Source of the DNA: an uncultured Bacteroidales bacterium
GTDB lineage: Bacteria > Bacteroidota > Bacteroidia > Bacteroidales > WCHB1-69
Assembly: GCA_946624065.1 (NCBI GenBank)
Contig: CAMORT010000005.1
Location: 1,187-65,186 of the forward strand
Direction of reading: 5' to 3'
Length of the DNA: 64,000 nucleotides
Shown: in pieces, positions 33,118 through 41,471 of the stretch
How positions within the stretch are numbered: the stretch's first letter is position 1
How the letters are laid out: the number at the start of each line of letters is the position of its first letter
Position numbers and translations under genes: made by a program
Notes under the pieces: model-generated
Seen by the model: only the letters and a program-made list of their open reading frames with translations
What the model was told of the DNA's origin: nothing
The model's database searches: none

Positions 33118-33413
33118 GGTTTTCTTTTTTGTTTTCTGTTAATGGTTGATGTTTTTTCGCGAACTATAGAATGTAATGTCATAGTTGTTGTGATTTTCGA
33201 TGACAAAAATACAACAATCCATTTAGATGATTCTCTTCAATAAATATTTTTTCCATAAAAATGACGAAACTATGGTTTTGTTCGTTTTTCTGCAAATATT
33301 GCGAGATATTTGACCATTTTGCTGACATTAGCAAAATGATTTTTTCCCTATCTTTGCCCCGTCAATCTGATAAACAAGCTGCGGATATAAATATCATTTT
33401 TAATTGTTTTTTT

Positions 33414-33794
33414 ATGGCAAGATCAGAAGAATTGGTTAAAAATATTTATTTGGCTGCTCAAGAAGTATATGATAATAAAATTTCATTGAAAGACCAGAAG
33501 ATTAAGATGCAGAATTTTTTTGGAATGAATCCTGGGTCCTTCAATGATTTTTATTATGGGTATGCGAAGATGAGGACCGGAGAAATTAGCAAAAGAGGAC
33601 TTGAAACTCGTTCATATGATTACTTTATTTTAAAAATATATGAAGAGTTTGGAAGAGTTGGATTAGAAAAAGCATTACAATCATTTCGGCAGACACTTGA
33701 TTATTACCAACAAACAATAGGGGTTCCTTGCCGTTCATGGCAACGCATATATGATAAATATAGCGAATTATTAAAATCACGATCAGGAGAATAG
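33414..33794 (+). CDS. Hypothetical helical protein (126 aa)
   Basis: ATG 33414 lies 58 nt downstream of a TATCTTTG box (33349-33356). AT-rich. No family recognised. Confidence 0.5.
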   Translation: MARSEELVKNIYLAAQEVYDNKISLKDQKIKMQNFFGMNPGSFNDFYYGYAKMRTGEISKRGLETRSYDYFILKIYEEFGRVGLEKALQSFRQTLDYYQQTIGVPCRSWQRIYDKYSELLKSRSGE

Positions 33795-33816
33795 TAAACT
33801 TGTAAAAATTCCCATG

Positions 33817-33879
33817 TACCATGTTCACCCCATTCTCCTCCTTTACCAACGTCACCTCATGCACCCATTTCACCACCTC
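33817..33879. repeat. Degenerate nonamer array (7 x YACC+5 nt) between convergent stop codons
   Basis: taccatgtt caccccatt ctcctcctt taccaacgt cacctcatg cacccattt caccacctc. The last unit touches the ABC exporter stop. Confidence 0.7.
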
Positions 33880-35663
33880 TAACTTATCGTTTTCGCAATC
33901 TTCTCGATGTTCAGACTTCTTGCCGAGGCGTCGATGATCTCCTTGTAGATGCCGCCCTTCTTGTAGATTTCGTCGGGGTCGCCGTCCTCCTCCACGCGAC
34001 CGTCCTTGAGCGCGTAGATGTAGTCGGCGTCGATGATCTGCGAGATGCTGTGGGAGATGATGATGACGGTGCGGTCCTGCTTGATGGCGTCGATGCTGTT
34101 CTTGATCTGCTCGGTGGCGATGGCGTCTAAGCTGGCGGTGGGCTCATCGAGGAAGATGATGGGTGGATTCTTCAGAAACATGCGGGCGATGGCCACGCGC
34201 TGCTGCTGCCCGCCGGATAGGTCGGCGGCGTTGTGCGCGAACTGCTTAGGCAGTTCCATGACTTGGTCGTAGAGGTGCGCCTTTTTAGCTGCCTCCACCA
34301 CCTCCTCGTGCGAAGCTTCCGGATTGCCGTAGAGGATGTTCTCCTCAATCGTGCCGTCAAAAATGTGGTTCTTCTGCAACACCAACCCGATGTTCTCGCG
34401 CAGATATTGCGTGTCGTAGTCCTTCAGATCGACCCCGTCGAGGGTGATGGTGCCCACCTGCGGCTCGTAGAATTTGTCCAGCAAGTTGACAATCGTACTC
34501 TTGCCCGCACCCGAGAGCCCGACCAACGCTGTGATCTTGCCCGGCTCAATCTTCATATTGACGCCGAACAAAGCCTGCGTGCCGTTCGGGTAGGTGAAAT
34601 CGACACCCTTCAGCTCGAAGTTGCCGTGTATGGGCTCCGGTCTGTACTCGCCCGACGGCTCGACCTCCTTTTCGGAGTTGAGGATGCCGAAGAAACCCTC
34701 CGCGTAGATCAGCGCGTCGTTCACATCATCGAAGATGCGCTGCAGCTGTGTGATGGGCGCGATGACATTGCTGAACAACATCACATGGTACATGATCTTA
34801 CCGATGGTCATGCCCGGATACTCAATGAGCACAAGGTAGGCGGTGAGGATGATGACCAGCACGGTGCCCACCTGTCGCACGAAGCTCTTGAGACCGTTGT
34901 AGTAGAAAGCTACCCTGCGGGTTTTCATCTGGTTCTCTGTCACTTGGTTCTGAATGTCCAACTGTTTCTGCCCCTCAATCTGCTCGCGGTTGAAACTTTT
35001 GATAACATTGATGGAGTCGATGATGTTCTTGATACCCTGACTTTTAGACTCCAGATGGCTACGCATCTCGCGCCGCCAACCCTTGAGCCGACGCGCCTGG
35101 CGGTAGGTAATCCAGAAATAGACCGGCACGATGCCGAGGGCGACCAAACCGACATAAACATTGGCTGCGAACATCAGGATGAGGGCGAGCAGGGCGCTGG
35201 TGAACAACGGCAGCAGGTCGATGAAGAAGTTCTGCACCGTGCGCGACAATGAACTGACACCCTGATCGATACGAGCTTGTAGCTTGCCGGTGGCGTTGTC
35301 GCCAGAGTTGAAGAAGGCCATCTTGAAGGTGAGCACCTTCTCGATGACGCTTTGCGCCAAGTCGCGGCTGACATAAATCCGCATCCGCTCGCCGAAATAG
35401 TTCTGTGCAAAGGTGACGATTGCGGAGAGCAACTCCTTGCCTAACAGCACGATGGAGATGATGGTCATAATTCGCGCCGCCTGACCCCATTGGAAGTTGG
35501 TGCCGATGAGCGCATTGATGGCATCGACCGTCCGGTCGAGCACAATGGCGTTCACCTGTGCCATTAACGACCCGACCAAAGTCAGTATCAAAGTTGTGAA
35601 AACCAGCCACTTATAGGGCTTTACAAAAGGGCGAACATTTTTGAATAATTGGAAAAGGTTCAT
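33879..35663 (-). CDS. ABC transporter, fused permease/ATP-binding exporter (MsbA/ABCB type)
   Basis: Six N-terminal TM helices. Walker A GLSGAGKST, signature LSGGQQQRVAIARMF, Walker B IIFLDEPTASLD. Confidence 0.9.
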   Translation of the reverse strand: MNLFQLFKNVRPFVKPYKWLVFTTLILTLVGSLMAQVNAIVLDRTVDAINALIGTNFQWGQAARIMTIISIVLLGKELLSAIVTFAQNYFGERMRIYVSRDLAQSVIEKVLTFKMAFFNSGDNATGKLQARIDQGVSSLSRTVQNFFIDLLPLFTSALLALILMFAANVYVGLVALGIVPVYFWITYRQARRLKGWRREMRSHLESKSQGIKNIIDSINVIKSFNREQIEGQKQLDIQNQVTENQMKTRRVAFYYNGLKSFVRQVGTVLVIILTAYLVLIEYPGMTIGKIMYHVMLFSNVIAPITQLQRIFDDVNDALIYAEGFFGILNSEKEVEPSGEYRPEPIHGNFELKGVDFTYPNGTQALFGVNMKIEPGKITALVGLSGAGKSTIVNLLDKFYEPQVGTITLDGVDLKDYDTQYLRENIGLVLQKNHIFDGTIEENILYGNPEASHEEVVEAAKKAHLYDQVMELPKQFAHNAADLSGGQQQRVAIARMFLKNPPIIFLDEPTASLDAIATEQIKNSIDAIKQDRTVIIISHSISQIIDADYIYALKDGRVEEDGDPDEIYKKGGIYKEIIDASARSLNIEKIAKTIS

Positions 35664-35672
35664 AATGCGAAT

Positions 35673-36641
35673 TTAGTTTTTGACATATATTCCAAACAGA
35701 AAGTCGCTTGGATATTTTTGCAGATATTGGTCTTCAAACTCAAACAATTGTTGCAGGAGTAGTGTCTGATTTTGGTTGCATTCCAAAAAATGATGCGACA
35801 AATCCTTGAGCAACGGCATAAGAATATTCCCTCCATAGCCTTTTTCCTCTTTGATGGAGAAGAACTTGTGTATAGATGGCAGAATATTTGCCGATTCCAC
35901 ACATTCAGACGGATCGGAAACAATCATGCGAAGTCGCCCGGAACCGTAATATTTGTTTTTGTACAAGTTACTGCAAAACATTTTACGGTACTGTTTTTCA
36001 ATGAGGGACAATCCTTGGTTGATGGCCTCAATTTGATATTTTGGGTATTGTAATCGGTTTGCTCCCACGTATTCATTTATTACCAGCCAACCTGATGGGG
36101 AGAGTGTACGATGGATCTTTTGCAGAAAAGATTCCATGTTTTTGAAATGATGCAAGGAGCCATGGAAAAACACAAGGTCATAGCCATTTTCTGGCAGTGG
36201 ATGGGCGAGAATGTCTTCTGCTAGGAAATGCATGTTCACCAAGCCGTTTTCCGAAGCGGTTTTGGCTGCTTCTTGAATCAATTGTTCAGAGAAATCGATA
36301 CAGGTGATATCCCAATGGGAATTCAGTTGGGCAAGTTTGATTTCATGACTGCACACACCGGAACCGATGGATAGCATGCGGATTTTCTGTTCTTCGGGGA
36401 TGAGTTTCTTGGACAAGTATGTTTCGTAAGTCATCGTTTCATCCCCTGTTATCATCCGGTTCCATCGTTTTTGAACCAGAGGAATCATGGACCATGTGTC
36501 GATCCGGATGTCTGTTTCGTTGAAACTGCTCTTCGTTCTGCTTTTCCCCGAAGGGGACAATTTGCTTAACAGGAAAGGCAATCCCCGTTGCACACTTTTC
36601 AGATAAATGTCGCGAAAATCTTCTATTGTTATGAATGCCAT
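35673..36641 (-). CDS. Class I SAM-dependent methyltransferase
   Basis: Motif I MLSIGSGVCSHE and post-I/II DLVFFHGSLHHF. About 120 aa C-terminal extension. Packed between rimO (11-nt gap) and the ABC exporter (9-nt gap). Confidence 0.75.
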   Translation of the reverse strand: MAFITIEDFRDIYLKSVQRGLPFLLSKLSPSGKSRTKSSFNETDIRIDTWSMIPLVQKRWNRMITGDETMTYETYLSKKLIPEEQKIRMLSIGSGVCSHEIKLAQLNSHWDITCIDFSEQLIQEAAKTASENGLVNMHFLAEDILAHPLPENGYDLVFFHGSLHHFKNMESFLQKIHRTLSPSGWLVINEYVGANRLQYPKYQIEAINQGLSLIEKQYRKMFCSNLYKNKYYGSGRLRMIVSDPSECVESANILPSIHKFFSIKEEKGYGGNILMPLLKDLSHHFLECNQNQTLLLQQLFEFEDQYLQKYPSDFLFGIYVKN

Positions 36642-36652
36642 GAAAGCAACTG

Positions 36653-37927
36653 TTAAATGATATGGCCGTACAAATCGTATGCGGCAGCTTCGGTGATTTT
36701 AGCGTCGTAGAACTCGCCTATGTGCAGTGCTTTGTCTTTGCGGATCAGCACGCTGTTGTCCACATCCGGCGAGTCGAACTCGGTGCGGCCTACGTAGAAA
36801 TCCTGTTCTTCGGAATCGACAATCACTTTCAGGGTTTGGCCTACTTTGGTTTCGTTGAGTTCACGGGAAATGCCTTCCTGCAGTTGCATGATTTCGTTCA
36901 CGCGGCGCGTCTTGATGTTCCGGCGCACGGGGTCGCCAAGGTCGTAGGCGGGAGTGTCGTCCTCTTGGGAGTAGGCAAATACGCCCAAGCGCTCGAAGCG
37001 GTTTTTGCGCACAAACTCCACAAGTTCTTTGTGTTGTTCGTTGGTTTCGGTAGGGTAGCCGGAGATGAGAGTGGTGCGCAGCGCGATGCCGGGCACCGTC
37101 TCGCGTATGCGTGCGATGAGGTCGTAGATGTATTTTGAGGTGCCGCCACGCCGCATGCTTTTCAGAATGTCATCGCTGACATGCTGGAAGGGAATGTCCA
37201 GGTAACGGCAATATTGCGGGTGGGCGTTCATCACATCCAGAATTTCGTATGGGAAGTGGATGGGGTATGCATAGTGCAGTCGTATCCATTCCAAACCTTT
37301 CACCTGTGCCAATGCTTCCATCAGATTGGCCAGTTCTTGTTTCCCGGACAGGTCCACGCCGTAGTAGGTGAGGTCCTGGGCGATGAGCATCAGTTCCTTA
37401 ACGCCTTGGTCGGCCAGTTTTTGCGCCTCGTCCACAAGCAATGGGATGGGTTTTGAGACCTGCTTGCCGCGAATCAAGGGGATGGCGCAGTAGGAACAAC
37501 TGTGGTCGCAGCCCTCCGAAACCTTGAGGTAGGCGTAGTGGGGTGGGGTGGAGAGCAATCGCTCGCTGGTGCCCAATAGGTCGAAATCGGATGATTCCAT
37601 TAGTTTTTTCAGCTCATCGAATGTGTAGAAGCCGTCCACTTCGGGCAGTTCGTTCACCAGATCCTGTTTGCAGCGTTGGGCAAGACAACCCACCACATAG
37701 ATTTTTTTCACCTGCCGGCGCATCTTGCGTTCCACTTGGGCGAGGATCTCGTTGACGGACTCCTCGCGCGCGTCACCGATGAAACTGCATGTGTTGATGA
37801 TGACGGCGTCGGTTTTCATGGTGCATTCAAAGAAGATGCGATGTCCCATCTTTTGCAGCCGTGAAGCCATGATTTCAGAGTCCACGATGTTCTTAGAACA
37901 GCCTAAGGTGATGATATTAATGGTCAT
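36653..37927 (-). CDS. rimO: Ribosomal protein S12 methylthiotransferase RimO
   Basis: N-terminus INIITLGCSKNIVDSE, radical-SAM CDHSCSYC, C-terminal TRAM domain. About 424 aa. Confidence 0.85.
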   Translation of the reverse strand: MTINIITLGCSKNIVDSEIMASRLQKMGHRIFFECTMKTDAVIINTCSFIGDAREESVNEILAQVERKMRRQVKKIYVVGCLAQRCKQDLVNELPEVDGFYTFDELKKLMESSDFDLLGTSERLLSTPPHYAYLKVSEGCDHSCSYCAIPLIRGKQVSKPIPLLVDEAQKLADQGVKELMLIAQDLTYYGVDLSGKQELANLMEALAQVKGLEWIRLHYAYPIHFPYEILDVMNAHPQYCRYLDIPFQHVSDDILKSMRRGGTSKYIYDLIARIRETVPGIALRTTLISGYPTETNEQHKELVEFVRKNRFERLGVFAYSQEDDTPAYDLGDPVRRNIKTRRVNEIMQLQEGISRELNETKVGQTLKVIVDSEEQDFYVGRTEFDSPDVDNSVLIRKDKALHIGEFYDAKITEAAAYDLYGHII

Positions 37928-37959
37928 ACAATTATATTATTATGATGAGACGGCAAAAA

Positions 37960-37994
37960 TAAAAAAAAAGCCCCTCGTTGAAGGGGCTGTTTTT
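37960..37994 (-). terminator. Terminator after the small Cys-rich lipoprotein gene
   Basis: AGCCCCT-cgttga-AGGGGCT, with a 9-nt T-run on the minus-strand side. Confidence 0.75.
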
Positions 37995-38010
37995 CCAACT
38001 GTACAAAAAA

Positions 38011-38229
38011 TTACATGGTAGCTTTACATTTAACCTCAGTAGTAACGCCTAAAAGGGAAGCAGAACTGTTGTAATCGGCACATTTTTTACCAGATTCCAC
38101 TTCAAAGGGATCGCCCGTAGTGGTGAGAGCTCCATTGACATAGGTCTTGCATTGGCATTTTTTGTTGCATGATGTAGTGAAGAAACAAAGCAACAAACCA
38201 GCTGCTACGATACATAATACTTTTTTCAT
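38011..38229 (-). CDS. Small Cys-rich lipoprotein (72 aa)
   Basis: Lipobox LLLCFFTTSC. The mature part has 5 more Cys (CQC...KKC...VKC). Own TACTTTTG box (38267-38274) and own terminator (37960-37994). Confidence 0.6.
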   Translation of the reverse strand: MKKVLCIVAAGLLLCFFTTSCNKKCQCKTYVNGALTTTGDPFEVESGKKCADYNSSASLLGVTTEVKCKATM

Positions 38230-38266
38230 TTCCTTAAAAGTTTTAAAATTTGTAATTAATTTGCGG

Positions 38267-38274
38267 CAAAAGTA
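38267..38274 (-). promoter_or_regulatory. -7 box TACTTTTG upstream of the small Cys-rich lipoprotein gene
   Basis: 38 nt upstream of ATG 38229. Confidence 0.45.
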
Positions 38275-38358
38275 CATTTTTTTTGAATTGCTATGCTTAA
38301 TAAATGTTAATTTAATTCACAATAGCAGGTTCAGAAGATTATTGTTATAGAGATGTTC

Positions 38359-39420
38359 TTAAACATACTTGTAGCAGCGCAGAATGGGTTGTCTGTAGTT
38401 TGACCGCAAATGCATGGCACCACCCAGACATTGTTTGTAATCGGTGCATTTCTCGCAAGAACCGCAACGCATCCAATCACGGTTACGCATGATATCAAAT
38501 CGGTTGTCCCAAACATCCATCAGGTTGTTGTTATAGATGTTTCCTTGCACAAAAGAGCGGTTGATGTTCGGGCAGGCAGAAATATCCCCGTTGACAAGCA
38601 CAGAACCGATGTTAATGCCGGCCCGGCAGAAGAAATAACTGTCGCGTACGCTCTCCTCATATTTTCCAGTGTAGGCCTCGCAGCTGAATTTCAAATCAAT
38701 TGAACCCTCACGGCGGGTGTCGGCGATGAACTGAAGCATCTCCTGCACTTGTAAATGATTAAGTTGAAGTTCGGCATTTTTTGTGGCGCGTCCGATGGGT
38801 GCAATGGTGAACAAACGCCAATGACGAATGCCGTTGGCTATGAGAAGATTCTTCAGTTGTGGTAATTCGGAAAGGTTACGTTGATGCACACAAGTCACCA
38901 CATCGTAGTTCAGATTCGGAGTGCGCGCGATGATTTGCAGCGCATGTAGTGCCCTTTGGAAACTCTGGGGATGGTTGCGTAGCCAGTTGTGAGTGTTTTC
39001 TAAACCATCCAAACTCACCGTCACCGAGCCAAGTCCAGCTGCCATGAGTTCCTGATGCCGTTTTTCATCGTACAACATGCCGTTGGTAACAATGCCCCAG
39101 CGGAAGCCATGCTCGCGGAGCACACGTCCGCATGTGGCAAGGTCAGCGCGTAATAAGGGCTCGCCACCTGTAATGGCAATAAGAGTGGTGCCGCGCTTGT
39201 AGCGTTTTTCCACGGGTTTAATGGCTGTCAGAAAATCATAAAATGGCATGTCTGGCACACATGGTTCGGCTTTGCAGTCGGAACCGCAGTGCCGACATGA
39301 CAAGTTGCACCGCGAGGTGCACTCCCAGAACAGATAATTTAACTCGTGTATGGCCGTTTCGTTTTTTCGGAACACACGGAAAAGAAACCGTTTGAACCGC
39401 TTGCTTTTATGAATTCTCAC
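38359..39420 (-). CDS. Radical SAM enzyme with C-terminal SPASM domain
   Basis: CX3CX2C motif (CNLSCRHC), GGEPLL, and a C-terminal Cys cluster CRAG...CPN...CGSCEKCTDYKQC. Confidence 0.85.
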   Translation of the reverse strand: MRIHKSKRFKRFLFRVFRKNETAIHELNYLFWECTSRCNLSCRHCGSDCKAEPCVPDMPFYDFLTAIKPVEKRYKRGTTLIAITGGEPLLRADLATCGRVLREHGFRWGIVTNGMLYDEKRHQELMAAGLGSVTVSLDGLENTHNWLRNHPQSFQRALHALQIIARTPNLNYDVVTCVHQRNLSELPQLKNLLIANGIRHWRLFTIAPIGRATKNAELQLNHLQVQEMLQFIADTRREGSIDLKFSCEAYTGKYEESVRDSYFFCRAGINIGSVLVNGDISACPNINRSFVQGNIYNNNLMDVWDNRFDIMRNRDWMRCGSCEKCTDYKQCLGGAMHLRSNYRQPILRCYKYV

Positions 39421-39817
39421 GATGCTGTTTCACTTTCAGTTCAAGTGGATTTTGAAGGTCAGAAGCAGAAATTGTGGTGTCGAACGACTCATACAATCCG
39501 TTTTCGATACTGTCAATGTCGTTTACCTGCACATCATAGCCGATCCATTCGTTAAAAAAACGTTCTCCGTTGGGATCCACAAAATTGCCTTCATTGTCGG
39601 TGATGGCTGTGAAATCCAAGGCTGGAATGGACACTTGAAGACCTTTTATGGGTGCCCCAGTTTCTGTATCAAGCACCTTGCCTTGGACTTTTGCTTTGAT
39701 ATGTATCTCCGGAGGACCATAGCAGGCTTGGAAGGTGAACATGAGTGCAGTGGCGGAAAAAGAGCCAAAAAGGAAGCGCACCAGCTGTTGTTTCTTTTCT
39801 TTGAACTTCTTGAACAT
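39407..39817 (-). CDS. Lipoprotein partner of the radical SAM enzyme (CarboxypepD_reg-like fold suspected)
   Basis: Lipobox MFTFQAC. GKVLDTETGAPIKGLQVSI...TDNEGNF. Its 3' end overlaps the rSAM start by 14 nt. Confidence 0.6.
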   Translation of the reverse strand: MFKKFKEKKQQLVRFLFGSFSATALMFTFQACYGPPEIHIKAKVQGKVLDTETGAPIKGLQVSIPALDFTAITDNEGNFVDPNGERFFNEWIGYDVQVNDIDSIENGLYESFDTTISASDLQNPLELKVKQHRENS

Positions 39818-39977
39818 AATGCCAGATTCTTAAACGTTGCAAAAATAAAAAAAATGTTGAAAAAAAGTTGATAACTTATTTTGGGTATGCGGAAAAGAAA
39901 AACGGTAAAAATTTATTTTTGCGACATCCGAAAAGAGTGATTTAAAATAAGTATAATAAACTGAAAATCAAATAACT

Positions 39978-41384
39978 ATGGGTGGTTTTTTTGGTGTAGT
40001 GTCCGATGGACCTTGCAATCCTGATTTGTTTTACGGCATCGACTACCATTCTCATCTTGGAACGAAGCGAGGTGGTATGGTGACCATCGATCACAATCTC
40101 TTCCATCGTTCCATTCACAATATAGAGAATTCTTATTTTAGGACTAAATTCGAAGAGGATTTGGCCAAGTTTACCGGTAACATGGGCATTGGCGTGATTA
40201 GTGACACAGATGCCCAACCCATTGTGGTCAATTCACATTTGGGACGCTTTGCGATAGTTACTGTTGCTAAAATTAATAATATCAGCGAATTGGAGCAGGA
40301 TTGTTTGGCCAAGAACCAGCAATTCACGGAGTTGAGTTCGGGTTCTACCAACCCTACGGAACTCATCGCCTTGATGATTACGCAAGGTCGCGATTTTGTG
40401 GACGGCATCCAGAATGTGTACCACAAGGTGAAGGGTTCGTGCTCTATGCTGATTTTGACCGATGACGGCATTATCGCAGCCCGTGACTATTATGGGCGTA
40501 CACCTATTGTAATTGGCAAGAAGGGTGGCAGTTATGCATTATCTTTCGATTGTCATAGTTTTGCCAACCTTGACTATTCCATTGAGCAGTTTGTGGGGCC
40601 CGGAGAGGTGACAAAGGTCACCCTGAATGGTGTTCAGCAATTGCTGGCTCCCAACCCTAAGATGCAGATTTGCTCGTTCTTGTGGATTTATTACGGTTAT
40701 CCGACTTCTGAATACGAGGGTGTGAATGTGGAGAATACACGTTATATGTATGGTTATGAGATGGGTCGTAACGATGATATAGAAGCCGACATGGTGTCAG
40801 CCATTCCGGATTCCGGTATTGGCATGGCCCTTGGCTATGCTATGGGAAAGCAGATTCCATATCGAAGAGGTATTGTGAAATACACGCCCACTTGGTCACG
40901 GAGCTTTATGCCTGTCACACAAGAATCGCGCGAGCATGTGGCCCGTATGAAACTGCTGCCGAACACCACTGTGCTGAAAGGCCAGCGCATTGTGTTTTGT
41001 GACGATTCCATCGTGCGCGGCACCCAGTTGCGTGACAATGTGAAAAAACTCTACGGTTACGGAGCGAAAGAAGTGCATATTCGCATCAGTTGTCCTCCGC
41101 TGACCTATGGATGTCCCTTCCTCAACTTCTCCGCATCCAAAACGGAAATGGAACTCATCACCCGCCGTGTGATTGAGGAGTTGGAAGGCGACAGCACGAA
41201 GAATCTGCATCTCTACTGCGACGATTCTACCAAAGAATATGCCAATATGGTGGAACTGATACGGAAGCATCTCGGTGTGGATACCTTGAAATTCAACCGG
41301 TTGGAAACAATCGCTAAGGCAATCGGTTTGCCGAAAGAGCGTGTCTGCACACACTGCTTCGACGGTTCTTCCTACGGAGAATAA
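39978..41384 (+). CDS. Amidophosphoribosyltransferase-like protein (PurF paralog type, N-terminus MGGFFG)
   Basis: Ntn-amidotransferase-like N-domain. PRPP loop IVFCDDSIVRGTQ. Cys residues at positions expected for the PurF 4Fe-4S cluster (CSFLW, CPPLTYGCP, CTHC). Confidence 0.85.
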   Translation: MGGFFGVVSDGPCNPDLFYGIDYHSHLGTKRGGMVTIDHNLFHRSIHNIENSYFRTKFEEDLAKFTGNMGIGVISDTDAQPIVVNSHLGRFAIVTVAKINNISELEQDCLAKNQQFTELSSGSTNPTELIALMITQGRDFVDGIQNVYHKVKGSCSMLILTDDGIIAARDYYGRTPIVIGKKGGSYALSFDCHSFANLDYSIEQFVGPGEVTKVTLNGVQQLLAPNPKMQICSFLWIYYGYPTSEYEGVNVENTRYMYGYEMGRNDDIEADMVSAIPDSGIGMALGYAMGKQIPYRRGIVKYTPTWSRSFMPVTQESREHVARMKLLPNTTVLKGQRIVFCDDSIVRGTQLRDNVKKLYGYGAKEVHIRISCPPLTYGCPFLNFSASKTEMELITRRVIEELEGDSTKNLHLYCDDSTKEYANMVELIRKHLGVDTLKFNRLETIAKAIGLPKERVCTHCFDGSSYGE

Positions 41385-41412
41385 CCTGCAATTGTAAGAT
41401 AATCGACGGAAA

Positions 41413-41441
41413 GGGCAACCGAATAGGTTGTCCTTTTTTTT
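41413..41441 (+). terminator. Intrinsic terminator after the purF-like gene
   Basis: GGGCAACC-gaata-GGTTGTCC (one G-U) followed by T8. Confidence 0.75.
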
Positions 41442-41443
41442 AT

Positions 41444-41451
41444 TATTTTTG
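41444..41451 (+). promoter_or_regulatory. -7 box TATTTTTG upstream of the CotH gene
   Basis: 20 nt upstream of ATG 41472, directly after the purF-like terminator. Confidence 0.5.
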
Positions 41452-41471
41452 CAAAAAATATTATTTGGAAT

